Assembly: GCA_965223795.1 (NCBI GenBank)
Contig: CBDCXL010000002.1
Location: 1,920,001-1,984,000 of the forward strand
DNA: 64,000 bases
Direction: 5' to 3'
DNA from: Nitrospinales bacterium
Lineage (GTDB): Bacteria; Nitrospinota; Nitrospinia; Nitrospinales; VA-1
The translations under genes were made by a program, and so were the position numbers. The notes below the pieces were generated by a model. It made no database searches. It was not told the origin of the DNA and saw nothing but the letters and a program-made list of their open reading frames with translations. Positions 9,478 through 19,028 of the stretch are shown piece by piece (the first letter of the stretch is position 1; each line of letters opens with the position of its first letter).

Positions 9478-10955
9478 TATTGAGGGATGATTCCCAGTTT
9501 CGTGCCGAATTTATGGAAGGAAGCCAGAATCATGTCCAGCTCCTCGATCGTGTGCGAGGAGGTGTAGCTCGTCCGGATCATCGCGTTGTGCGTGGGGACC
9601 ACCGGCGACACGGCGACGCCCGCGAAGATGCCCTCGTCGAAAAGCAGCTGGTTGAACAGCAGGGTCAGGGCTTCGTCACCGATCTTGATCGGAACGATGG
9701 GAACCGGGTTGTTGTTGACCTGGAATCCCATTTCGAAGAACCCTTTTTTGATGTAGGAGGTGTTTTCGTGCAGACGGGTGAGCCGGAAGGTTTCCCGGTT
9801 CATGATGTCGAGCGCTGCGGTGACTCCCGCGACGGACGCGGGCGGCAGGGCGGCGGTAAAAATGAAAGCCGACGCCTTGTGACGGATGTATTCGGTCACC
9901 TTCTTTTTGGCCGATACAAAACCGCCGATGGATCCCAGGCTCTTGGAGAACGTGCCGACGTAGATGTCGACTTCCTTTTCCAGGTTATAATAATTGGTGA
10001 CCCCCTTGCCGTGGTCGCCCAGAACGCCGAGGCCGTGCGCCTCGTCCACGAGCACCGTGGCCTTGTAGTCCTTCGCCAGTTTGACGATCTCGGGAAGGTT
10101 GGCGATGTCGCCGCTCATGCTGAACACGCTGTCGGTGATGATGAGCTTGCCTTCCACATCGGAATACTTCTTAAGATAGTATTCCAGGTGGTCCATGTCG
10201 TTGTGCCGGTAGCGCACGGTTTTGCCGGGCGAGATGGCACAGCCTTCGTAAATGCTGGCGTGATTCTCGCGGTCGGAAAACGCAACGTCCTTGCGTCCGA
10301 GCAGGCAAGCGATGGTGCCCTGGTTGGCCTGGAAACCGGTGGACATGACGATGGCGTCCTCGCGGTTTAAAAATTTGGAAAGCTCCTTTTCCAGTTTGTT
10401 GTGCAGACTGAGGGTGCCGTTCAAAAACCGGCTTCCGGTGCACCCGGCGCCGAACGTATCGAGCGCTTGCTTGCCCGCCGCGATGACGCGGGGGTCTTTT
10501 GTCAGGCCCAGATAATTGTTGGTGGACACCGTGATGGTTTTCTTGCCGTCGATTCTGACCCGCGACCCGTTCGTTTCCTGTATCTCCCGAAAGAAGGGAT
10601 AAATGCCCAGTTCACGGGCCTGCTCTGGAGCGTTGTAGCTGAAACACTTGGAAAGGATGCTGTTGTCCTTTTCAGACTGAACGCGCAGGTGGGAATTTTC
10701 AAAATCGAACTTCTCCTTGAGCAGAGAAATGATTTTGTTCCGCTTCAAATGAGGAGGGGTTTCCTCCTGGCCCTCGTCTTGGATTGGAAGATGGAAATAT
10801 TTCACGATATTCGGGGCTTTCCTTTTTGAATTTTTGGAAATGGGTTTTTGTTGTGAAAGTTGGAAAAGCGGGAAGGGAAATCCTTTCCAACTGATTGGCC
10901 ACGATATTGTGTTGGATGTCGAAGGGCCATGTTTCTTAAAGCCCAGCGAAACCAA
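9477..10955 (-). CDS. spt: Serine palmitoyltransferase-like PLP alpha-oxoamine synthase
   Basis: NNYLGL, GCTGSRFLNGT, NHAS, DEAHGLG, GTFSKS (PLP lysine), FIFTAALPP. These resemble bacterial SPT more than BioF/Kbl. The true start may be downstream of 10955. Confidence 0.75.
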   Translation of the reverse strand: MVSLGFKKHGPSTSNTISWPISWKGFPFPLFQLSQQKPISKNSKRKAPNIVKYFHLPIQDEGQEETPPHLKRNKIISLLKEKFDFENSHLRVQSEKDNSILSKCFSYNAPEQARELGIYPFFREIQETNGSRVRIDGKKTITVSTNNYLGLTKDPRVIAAGKQALDTFGAGCTGSRFLNGTLSLHNKLEKELSKFLNREDAIVMSTGFQANQGTIACLLGRKDVAFSDRENHASIYEGCAISPGKTVRYRHNDMDHLEYYLKKYSDVEGKLIITDSVFSMSGDIANLPEIVKLAKDYKATVLVDEAHGLGVLGDHGKGVTNYYNLEKEVDIYVGTFSKSLGSIGGFVSAKKKVTEYIRHKASAFIFTAALPPASVAGVTAALDIMNRETFRLTRLHENTSYIKKGFFEMGFQVNNNPVPIVPIKIGDEALTLLFNQLLFDEGIFAGVAVSPVVPTHNAMIRTSYTSSHTIEELDMILASFHKFGTKLGIIPQ

Positions 10956-11313
10956 ATTGCGGATAGAGTACCATTAAATGCCTGTTTCCACAAGGCATCG
11001 CATCAAATCATTATAAGGCAACGTGGAAAAAACTGAAAATGTTTATTTCATTAGACTTATTCAAAAAGGCGGGACGGGGCGAAAGGGTTTGACTAATTGC
11101 CTGTTGTTTTTGCACCTGCAAATAATGAACGGATTTTCTCTTTATAATCGTGTCTTTAGAAAATGAGCGGCGCGATGCTCCATTGCATTTTCCGGCTTGT
11201 GCCTGAAAAGGCGCTCATTTTTCGGCGGGTGCCAGCGGCGTGAAAAAGCCCGTTTGTTTCCGAACGGGCCAGCAAGGCCGGCTCTATGTATGCGTGCGAG
11301 GGCTGCGAGGGAT

Positions 11314-11931
11314 TCAGGGAAGTTTGGACACGATGGCGGAGAGGCTGCGCTCGCTCGGGGTTGAACGGGAAGCGGACCGACCTTCCGCTTCCATTTTTTT
11401 GTGCAGCGCGCCGAGCATGCTGGCCACGCGCAAGGTTCTACGGTGTCCAGAGCCCAATTCCGATTTGTAGATGTTGAAGGCATGCCGGTAGCGGACTTCC
11501 GCCTGGTCGAGTTTGCCCAGAGCTTCGTACAGCATGGCCAGATTGGACAGGAGGATGGCAACCATCGGATGGTTTTTACCGTAGGCTTTCACACCGATGT
11601 TGAGCGCGCGCAGGTAAAGGTGCTCGGCGTCCGCATGGTGGCCCAGTTTGCGGTTCAGTTCCGCAAGGTTGTTCATGACCTGAACCAGGCGGGGGTGCGT
11701 CGAACCCAGGGTTTCTTCAGCGAGCTTGAGGGTCCGGACCGCGATCGGCTTCGCCTGTTCGTAGCGGCCCTTTTTATAGAGAGCGATCACTTTGCGGTTG
11801 AGCAATTCGTAGGCTTCGGGAGCCTGTCTGCCTTCCTGAGCCGATACGGGCGCGGTTCCTGCCATTATAAAAACCAGAGCCAGCAGCGAAGCGATTGCAA
11901 AGCATGAACGGGATCGGTGCGTCGAAGTCAT
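11314..11931 (-). CDS. Secreted kinesin-light-chain-type TPR protein
   Basis: Signal peptide and repeats HPRLVQVMNNLAEL, HPMVAILLSNLAMLY. GGAGGAG RBS before ATG 11931. Confidence 0.82.
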   Translation of the reverse strand: MTSTHRSRSCFAIASLLALVFIMAGTAPVSAQEGRQAPEAYELLNRKVIALYKKGRYEQAKPIAVRTLKLAEETLGSTHPRLVQVMNNLAELNRKLGHHADAEHLYLRALNIGVKAYGKNHPMVAILLSNLAMLYEALGKLDQAEVRYRHAFNIYKSELGSGHRRTLRVASMLGALHKKMEAEGRSASRSTPSERSLSAIVSKLP

Positions 11932-11958
11932 CTTTGTTCTCCTCCCTGGGTTCAACGG

Positions 11959-12150
11959 TCAATTGGAGTTTTGAAACAGACTTTCCAGTGCTTTCCTGCG
12001 TTCCCGGCGTTCCAGCAGGTACTTGTCGTTCAAAACACCCAACTTGTTTTTGAGCTTCTGGTTTTCCTGGTGCAGCTGAAGGGACGTTTCGATGAGCTGC
12101 ATGTTGGACTGCATCAAAGCCACCAGTTTTTCTTTGTAGAATTTTTCCAT
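11959..12150 (-). CDS. Small coiled-coil hypothetical protein
   Basis: 63-aa ORF with heptad pattern, GGAG RBS, tightly linked to the downstream TPR gene. Confidence 0.55.
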   Translation of the reverse strand: MEKFYKEKLVALMQSNMQLIETSLQLHQENQKLKNKLGVLNDKYLLERRERRKALESLFQNSN

Positions 12151-12203
12151 TTTTTCAGGCTCCCTTTTGCGTCCGCTTTGCGGACAGCGCCGCCTTCAGG
12201 AAA

Positions 12204-12470
12204 TCAGCCGCAGTTGTATTCGGATCGATACCGTTCCCGGGTGTGGTCGCACAGGGAACGGTCGTTGTTGATCTGTCCGCATTGTGTGTCCACGCACACT
12301 TTCGAATCGGTCACGGTCGGATCGGGCACCGGTCCCGGTTTCATTCTGGCCGCGGGTTCGGGAAGGGGCGCCGCGCGTTTCTGGGAGCGGAGCTCCAGGA
12401 GCAGGGCTTGTACGGCTTCCGTGAGTTTGTCCACCGACTGGCAGAGTTTCCTGATCTCGCCTTTCACCAT
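12204..12470 (-). CDS. Hypothetical protein (coiled coil with Cys-containing C-terminus)
   Basis: 88-aa ORF co-oriented with its neighbours. Confidence 0.45.
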   Translation of the reverse strand: MVKGEIRKLCQSVDKLTEAVQALLLELRSQKRAAPLPEPAARMKPGPVPDPTVTDSKVCVDTQCGQINNDRSLCDHTRERYRSEYNCG

Positions 12471-12835
12471 TGTGATCCTTGAGCCCAGCGTTCCATCCCG
12501 TTCGAACCCTTCGTGATTGCCATGTAATTGATTGTAAAGAGGGGGTTTTAAGAACCGGTTAAGCTTGGGTCACAAAACTGTCAAGCCGCAGGAAGGCGGT
12601 TGCGGGAAGGCGGAATCGCAGGCTGTGTGAGGCGCTCAGCGTGCCCAGAAAGGACCGCGCGCGCCCACAGAGGGTTCGGGCAGGATTTGCCCTTTTGGGC
12701 GATCAGGCGGTTCCGGGGTGGCATCCCGGATCAGGCGAACGCACGGTTTTTCAAAAGGGGATTGTCAAAACAGCGATGGGGTCAGCCAAACGGTCTGAAA
12801 AAGGGGAGGATTGGGTCACGCGACGAGGACCGGGG

Positions 12836-13519
12836 TCACTCGCTGGCGCCCAGGTCTCTCAGGAACATGACGAGATCGAGATTGTTGGCCTCATGCGCGA
12901 AGCTCATGGCGGAGGCCCCGGAGATCTGCTGGTTCACATCGGCGCCGTTTTTCACCAGCAGCACGATGATTTTCATGGCGCTCTCCAGGCGGTTCCACTG
13001 CGAGACGCCCTCCGCGTCGGCGCCCTTGCCGGACACCATCATGAGCGGCGTGTACTTGTCGTAGCACACTTTGTTGGGATCGGCTCCACGGCTCAACAGA
13101 AACTCCACCCAGTCCACGTCTTCTTCCACAGTTCCCGCCTGCTTTTTGCTGGAAAGGTAATTGGTGAGCAGCGTGCACAAAGGGGTCTTGCCGCCCACGT
13201 CCTTTTGATCCTCATGGCTCAGTTCCGGACCTTCGTGCGCGGCGTTGATGTCGGCGCCATTTTCCAGAAGGTAGTCGACCATTTTGCGGTTTTTCTGCAC
13301 GACAGCCTGATTGAGATAGCTGCCTCCGTTGATGTTGGCGCCTTCCAGAAGCAGTTTGTCCAACTGTTCGCGGTCGTCTTCGGTGACCGCCTGGAACATG
13401 ACCTTTTCAACGGTGAATCCAAATACCGGTGCGGCGAGGAGGCCGATCAGAGCCAGTCCTGCCAGGTATCGTGTGTTCGATTTGAGCATTGCGCTGTGAG
13501 ACGTCGGTTTCGGATCCAT
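12836..13519 (-). CDS. Secreted ankyrin-repeat protein
   Basis: Signal peptide, with LLEGANIN, YLLENGADIN, LLSRGADPN, TPLM and LVKNGADVN ankyrin motifs. Confidence 0.85.
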   Translation of the reverse strand: MDPKPTSHSAMLKSNTRYLAGLALIGLLAAPVFGFTVEKVMFQAVTEDDREQLDKLLLEGANINGGSYLNQAVVQKNRKMVDYLLENGADINAAHEGPELSHEDQKDVGGKTPLCTLLTNYLSSKKQAGTVEEDVDWVEFLLSRGADPNKVCYDKYTPLMMVSGKGADAEGVSQWNRLESAMKIIVLLVKNGADVNQQISGASAMSFAHEANNLDLVMFLRDLGASE

Positions 13520-13877
13520 TGCGGGATCTCCCTTTCCTGACTTATGGATGGTTGCTTCGTGCTGTTTTGGGCCGCATGAGGGTTCAGTGGATTAAGAGCA
13601 ATTTGCTTGCCATTTGCGGATATTTCTCTAACTTGCCGAATTTAAACGATTTTTTTTGGGTTCCGGCGGGGGCGGAACCGGCGCGTTTCGTATACAAAAG
13701 TGCACACAAAACTCCTTGATTTGTCGCTCTTTATCCCCTGTGGGCCGGGTGGCCGCGGGTCTTCAAGGGGCCGCAGCGACCGCGATTCGCCGGGGCTCAG
13801 GAGTTTGCGAGGCGCTTGTTCCCGCTGGCCGGCTGTGAAACAATGGATCATCCAGAAAAATTCAAGGGGAGCGGGGC

Positions 13878-14522
13878 ATGCTGCGGTATCGGTTCTTGCG
13901 TTTTACGGCTTCCGTGTGTCTTGTGGCGGCGTTTGGGCTTATCCAGAACGGGAATCCGTCCGTGGCGTACGCGGACCTTAAGTCGGGAAAAGAAGCGCTC
14001 GCCCGGGGAGACTTTCCAAACGCATTCACGCAGCTCAGGCTGTCCGCCGAGGAGGGGCATCCGGAGGCGCAGACCTCTCTGGGAACGCTGTATTTTTCCG
14101 GCACCGGTGTGCAGCAAAATTACCGGGAAGCGCTCAAATGGTACGAACGGGTATCCAGCCAGAACGATCCCGACGCGCTCAAGAACATGGCGGAGATTTA
14201 CACGCACGGCCTGGGAGGGGTGCGCCCGGATATGAAAAAAGCGTTCGGGCTTTATCTCAACGCCGCCAATCTGGGGGATGCGGCGGCGCAGTTTTTCGTC
14301 GGCCATTTTTTTGCCAACGGACTGGGCACGCCGAAAAACAGCGTGCAGGCCCTCATGTGGTTCGATATTGTGACCGAAAAGCGCTCGGTGCCACTTGCGG
14401 AGTTTCAGTCGATGGCAGCGCAGGCGCAGCTGACCGCTACGAAACTGCGTGCGGAAATGACGCGCGAGGAAATCCAGAAATCGATTCTACTTAAGAATCA
14501 GTGGAAGCCGAAACCGCGTTGA
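13878..14522 (+). CDS. Secreted Sel1-repeat protein
   Basis: AEEGHPEAQTSLGTLYFSGTGVQQNYREALKWY and GDAAAQFFVGHFFANGLGTPKN. Confidence 0.88.
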   Translation: MLRYRFLRFTASVCLVAAFGLIQNGNPSVAYADLKSGKEALARGDFPNAFTQLRLSAEEGHPEAQTSLGTLYFSGTGVQQNYREALKWYERVSSQNDPDALKNMAEIYTHGLGGVRPDMKKAFGLYLNAANLGDAAAQFFVGHFFANGLGTPKNSVQALMWFDIVTEKRSVPLAEFQSMAAQAQLTATKLRAEMTREEIQKSILLKNQWKPKPR

Positions 14523-14607
14523 CCGCTTGCCCTGCACCGATGCAAAGGCTCGGGTTTTGGGTCCGCGTCCGGACGGGCCGGGGAGGGAGGTTGAGCGGTG
14601 CCCGGTA

Positions 14608-14790
14608 TCAGCTGAGGATCTGGGAATTGATCTCCTGATACTGCACTTCGTCTTCGAAACTTTCGATCTGCTGACGATCGCGGTCGGTGATCATGGAGCG
14701 GAGCCGGGTGATCGAGCGTATTTCCAGGTCGTGAGGCGTGATCACTTGTTTCAGATTTCCCATGCCGTCGAAAACTTTCACTTCGTACAT
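14608..14790 (-). CDS. Small hypothetical protein (60 aa, MYEVKVFDGMGNLKQVI...)
   Basis: Strong GGAGG RBS just upstream of ATG 14790 and protein-like composition. Confidence 0.6.
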   Translation of the reverse strand: MYEVKVFDGMGNLKQVITPHDLEIRSITRLRSMITDRDRQQIESFEDEVQYQEINSQILS

Positions 14791-14870
14791 GTGCGTCCTC
14801 CGTGTGGATGGAAGATTCGGCAACGTGTGTCGGCTGACCGCGTTGCCTTGAAGAAATTTAAATGCGGAAA

Positions 14871-14922
14871 CCATCTACCAAAGGGGGTACCGGATGGAGG
14901 AGACATAATATTTGGTAGATGG
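14871..14922. repeat. Perfect 12-bp inverted repeat with 28-nt spacer
   Basis: CCATCTACCAAA (14871-14882) and TTTGGTAGATGG (14911-14922). Confidence 0.8.
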
Positions 14923-15115
14923 AATCCGCAATGCGTGATCGATTTCAAAAAACCGGATGTGCGCTGCTGATGTTCTCAGGATGACAGAGCGATATTGAGT
15001 TTTCGTTTCGCCTTTGCAACACTTTCATCACAGTTATTGCCTGCCCCGTTTTGTTTTCTCGAACTCCAGGACACCGGCCGCGGACTGCCAGTGCCTGTCA
15101 ACCGCCTGCCGCCGC

Positions 15116-15559
15116 TCATTTCGTATCCCACGCGGATTCCTTCGATGAGGGCGTGAAATACTGGTAACCCTGATGCCGCGGCTGCCGTTTGTACTCTGGG
15201 CTGTTGCGGTTGAAATCCGAGCCGAACGATTCGGGCCGGTTGTCCGTGCGCGTCTTTTCGGTGTTTTGCCAGTCCCGCAAGGTGGACGGATTGCTGCTGG
15301 TTTTGCCGCGCCGCTGCGTGCGCAGGGGCTGCCGCTGGATGTGGTTGTTGGTGCGGCGGTACCGCTGGCGGTCCTGCACGCCGCCGCGCGATGCCAGCAG
15401 ACGGTCGGTGCGGACGTCGTCCCGCTGTGCGGCCGTGGATGCCGAAGCCGGACTTGCGTCCGTCGGCGGGACGGCGGAAAACGCCTGACCGGGGGCCGCT
15501 AGCAGCAACAGGGCGCTCCAGATGAGAATCCATTTTGTGCCGGATGCATGCAGTGACAT
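15116..15559 (-). CDS. Secreted low-complexity hypothetical protein
   Basis: Signal peptide WILIWSALLLLAAPGQAFS followed by an R/Q/S-rich mature region. Confidence 0.55.
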   Translation of the reverse strand: MSLHASGTKWILIWSALLLLAAPGQAFSAVPPTDASPASASTAAQRDDVRTDRLLASRGGVQDRQRYRRTNNHIQRQPLRTQRRGKTSSNPSTLRDWQNTEKTRTDNRPESFGSDFNRNSPEYKRQPRHQGYQYFTPSSKESAWDTK

Positions 15560-15807
15560 GATAGGCGCCTTTCTTTAAGAATCGCGCGGTGCTTCCTGCG
15601 TTCTCGGTGACCTGCCTTGAAAATCAGTTTAGAAAAGCTGTATCCCGGGCGGGTCAACCTTGGGTCACGGTTTTGTCATAACGTCCGGTAAGCCCGCTTT
15701 GGGACTGGATTTCAAACTTTGTTGCAAAACCGTGACGCGTTCTTGAGACCGGCGTGATCTGGATCGGGAAGAATGCATTCATATTTAATTCCTGAGATGA
15801 GGGCGAC

Positions 15808-16065
15808 ATGGAATTTCTGGACAACTATCAGCTGATCGGGCTGCTCTGCTTTCTGGGCGGGGCGAAGATGTGGGCTTACTGCAGCGCCATGGAGCGGGAA
15901 GAGCATCTCAAGAAAACCCGTCTGGAACGGATTCTCATTTTCAAGCCCGATCTCGACGTGCTGGAGGCCAGCGCCCGCATGATCCGGCGGTCGTTCGTTT
16001 TGTCCCTGCTGGGGGCGGTGATGACGATCACCGGTGTGTTTTTGTTTATTTCCAACATGGGCTGA
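15808..16065 (+). CDS. Small two-TM membrane protein
   Basis: Two hydrophobic segments and a GAGGG RBS. Confidence 0.6.
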   Translation: MEFLDNYQLIGLLCFLGGAKMWAYCSAMEREEHLKKTRLERILIFKPDLDVLEASARMIRRSFVLSLLGAVMTITGVFLFISNMG

Positions 16066-16239
16066 GCGCGGCCGGACTCCACTGCTATCCTTCCTTCTGC
16101 TTTAAGCAAATCCGTTTTTATTGCCGATGTGTTCGCGGTTGACTTTTTTGCGGGATGATTAACAATACATCCGGTTCCATAGCGGAGCGCAGCGCGCCGC
16201 AAAAGGTTTGTCCGCACGCAGGTATGAACGGAGGGGGAA

Positions 16240-16455
16240 ATGAAAAAGACAGTTTGGGTGCTGTTGTTGGCCGGTCTTTGCGGCTGTGCGTTCGATGTCA
16301 GCGAGTGGGCGCCCGCCGATGAGGGGCTTGAGGATGCCGTGCGCTACTGCCGTACCGAGACGCTGCAGCGCGACCCGCTGCTCGGCCCGCTGTGGTACGG
16401 GAGCAAGGATTTCCGTCCCTGCATGGAGTCCAAGGGGTACTTCAAGCACGGATGA
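16240..16455 (+). CDS. Small lipoprotein
   Basis: Lipobox LCGC after MKKTVWVLLLAG, GGAGG RBS, C...CMESKGY motif. Confidence 0.7.
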   Translation: MKKTVWVLLLAGLCGCAFDVSEWAPADEGLEDAVRYCRTETLQRDPLLGPLWYGSKDFRPCMESKGYFKHG

Positions 16456-16949
16456 AAGGGGCGTTCAGTGCCGCCGGGCGAATGCCGCCTGGATTCTGCG
16501 GGCGCGGATCCGGTAATTCAACAGCAGCGACCGCCACAGCAGCCGCCATCCCAGTTTTTTCCAGTGCAGAAATTCGATCCAAAGGCTGCGCAGCCGGATG
16601 CGGGTGAGTTGTTTCGAAGGATCTGCCAGGGCCATGATTCCCTCCACTTATGATGGGTGTTTCCTTTTCCATTCCACTGCACGCGAACGCGGTGCCCGCT
16701 CCGGGAAACCCCGCCCACGCCATCCAGATTCGCAGGCATTTGTGACGTTTCTGTGTCCAGCCTGTCACAGTCGGTTCACAATCCTCCCAGGCTTTATTAA
16801 AATGCGGATTCTCAACAGAATGCGGCGGCAGGTTTCGGGAGGGTCCGGGAGAGTCCGGCTTTTTAGAGGTGCGTCCGGACGGAACGGAATGCGGGATTTC
16901 GGCGCAACGCCGCGCACGAGGCGAACACTCAACTCATTCGGGGGCGATC

Positions 16950-18329
16950 ATGCACACCATCATCGAGCCGTTCAGGATCAAATCAACCGAGTCGATTCCC
17001 ATCACCCAGCGGCGGCAGCGCGAACAGTGGCTCAAGGAGGCGCACAACAATGTGTTTCTGCTCGACGCCGAGCGCATCACCATCGATCTTTTGACCGACA
17101 GCGGCACCGGCGCCATGTCCACGCGGCAATGGGCGGCGCTGATGATGGGGGATGAAAGCTACGCCGGCAGCCGGTCCTGGCAGCGGTTCAAGGAAACCAT
17201 CGAGGACATCACCGGCTACAAGCACGTGTTTCCCATTCACCAGGGCCGCGCCGGCGAACGCATCCTGGCGCAGACCCGTCTCAAGCCGGGCGACGTGGTG
17301 CCCAACAACGGGCATTTCGACACGACGCGCGCCAATTTCGAATTCGTCGGCGCGAAGCCGGTGGATCTCATCATCGACGAAGGCAAGGACTCCGCCTTCG
17401 AGCACCCGTTCAAAGGCAATATGAACGTCGAGGCGCTGAAAGCGCTGATCGACGAACACGGGCCGGAAAAAATTCCGTTCGCGATGGTGACCATCACCAA
17501 CAATTCGTTCGGCGGCCACCCGGTTTCGCTGAAAAACATCCGCGCCGTCAAAAAAGTGCTGGAGCCCTACAAGATCCCGCTGATCCTGGACGCCTGCCGG
17601 TTCGCGGAAAACGCCTTTTTCATCTACGAACGGGAAGAGGGCAACGCGCAGCGCTCGCTGAAGGAAATCGCGCGGGAAGTGTTTTCCTACGCCGACGGGG
17701 CCAATATGAGCGCAAAAAAGGACGGGCTCGCCAATATCGGCGGTTTCTTCGCCGTCAACGACGACGGCTGGGCGGAAGCGTTCCGCAACATGCTGATCCT
17801 GTGCGAGGGGTTTCCCACCTACGGCGGGCTGGCGGGACGGGACCTGGAAGTGATCGCCGTGGGGCTGGAAGAAGCGCTGGAGATGCAGTACCAGATCTAC
17901 CGCCACGCCACGGTGAAGTACATGGGCGAGCGGCTCGACCAGATGGGCATCCCCTATGTGCGGCCGGTGGGCGGGCACGCGATCTTTCTCGACGCGAAAC
18001 TGTTTTTCCCGGATGGGAAGGCGCCGCGCTATCCGGGCATCGGCGTGGTCAACGAAATCTATCTGGAAGGGGGCGTGCGCGCGGTGGAGCTGGGTTCGGT
18101 GATGTTCGGCAAGGCCGATCCCGAAACCGGGAAAGAGTCGCCCGCGCCCTTCGAGCTGGTGCGCCTCACGTTTCCGCGGCGGGTCTACACCCAGAGCCAT
18201 TTCGATTACGTGCTGGAGGTTCTCAAATCGGTCTGGGACCGGCGCGACCGCATCCCCGCGCACCGCATCGTCAAGCAGCCGCCGTTTCTACGACATTTTT
18301 CCGCGCATTTCTCGCGCGACGGGGAATGA
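16950..18329 (+). CDS. tnaA: Tryptophanase (tryptophan indole-lyase), beta-eliminating lyase family
   Basis: EPFRIK, IDLLTDSGT, HQGRAGE, MSAKKDG (PLP lysine), EGFPTYGGL, RLTFPRRVYTQSH. MSAKKD and LRHF favour tryptophanase over tyrosine phenol-lyase (MSGKKD, LRFF). Confidence 0.82.
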   Translation: MHTIIEPFRIKSTESIPITQRRQREQWLKEAHNNVFLLDAERITIDLLTDSGTGAMSTRQWAALMMGDESYAGSRSWQRFKETIEDITGYKHVFPIHQGRAGERILAQTRLKPGDVVPNNGHFDTTRANFEFVGAKPVDLIIDEGKDSAFEHPFKGNMNVEALKALIDEHGPEKIPFAMVTITNNSFGGHPVSLKNIRAVKKVLEPYKIPLILDACRFAENAFFIYEREEGNAQRSLKEIAREVFSYADGANMSAKKDGLANIGGFFAVNDDGWAEAFRNMLILCEGFPTYGGLAGRDLEVIAVGLEEALEMQYQIYRHATVKYMGERLDQMGIPYVRPVGGHAIFLDAKLFFPDGKAPRYPGIGVVNEIYLEGGVRAVELGSVMFGKADPETGKESPAPFELVRLTFPRRVYTQSHFDYVLEVLKSVWDRRDRIPAHRIVKQPPFLRHFSAHFSRDGE

Positions 18330-18418
18330 CTGCGGTGGAATTGTAACTTATTGAAAATAATGTTATTATTTTATGCCTGCTGGGCCTGGGAAATGATTGC
18401 GCTTGCAAGGAGTGAACG

Positions 18419-18973
18419 GTGTCGTTGGAAAAACGGAAAATGCCGCGGATGAAAGTGGGGCTGCCGGCCTCGCTGGTGCAGGGCGAAAGCCGCGAATCGG
18501 TGGACGTGCTCGACCTCAACATCCACGGCATGGCGTTTCAGTCGGAGAAATTTTTCACGCGCGGGACGCGGCTGGAATTTGTGCTGCCGTTTAAAAAAAC
18601 GCAGGGAAAAAAGAAATTTCCTGGAGAAGTGATTCAGTGCCGGGTGAATGAAGAGACGCTGGATGGGAGCTACCGGGTGGGCGTGAAATTTCTTTTCGGT
18701 TCCAAACGCTTCTTCACGCAAAACAGCGCAAAGCCTTCTGTCGCGGCAAACCCGCCCGCCGAGCCGATCATGGCTGCAATGCCCGTACTCAAAGACGCTG
18801 CCGCGGCTCAAACCAGCCCGGATGCGATGCCGCCGCGTGTCCGCACGGACCAAACGCCGAGCCCTGCATTGAATGGCAATGCAGCCATAACGAATGGCGC
18901 GCAAAAAACCGAACGGGTGTTCGGCCTCACCTTCATCCGCAAGTCGCGGTTTTATTTTCTCTCTTCGGATTGA
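18419..18973 (+). CDS. PilZ domain protein
   Basis: EKRKMPR (RxxxR) and DLNIHG (DxSxxG-like) motifs, YRVGVKF. Confidence 0.72.
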   Translation: MSLEKRKMPRMKVGLPASLVQGESRESVDVLDLNIHGMAFQSEKFFTRGTRLEFVLPFKKTQGKKKFPGEVIQCRVNEETLDGSYRVGVKFLFGSKRFFTQNSAKPSVAANPPAEPIMAAMPVLKDAAAAQTSPDAMPPRVRTDQTPSPALNGNAAITNGAQKTERVFGLTFIRKSRFYFLSSD

Positions 18974-19028
18974 TCCGCAATCCCGCCCCTTCCCCTCCTG
19001 AACAAGGGTTCGGAATCGTTTTAAAGCC

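Noticed and set aside
9477..10955. Annotation as BioF (8-amino-7-oxononanoate synthase) or Kbl
   Set aside because: No bio or tdh genes are nearby. The motifs and the GNAT/SDR/CDP-alcohol context favour SPT, though only an assay or tree is decisive.
16465..16647. Trp-rich 60-aa ORF as a TnaC-like leader for tnaA
   Set aside because: It is on the opposite strand, too long and lacks the TnaC pattern. Its coding status is doubtful.
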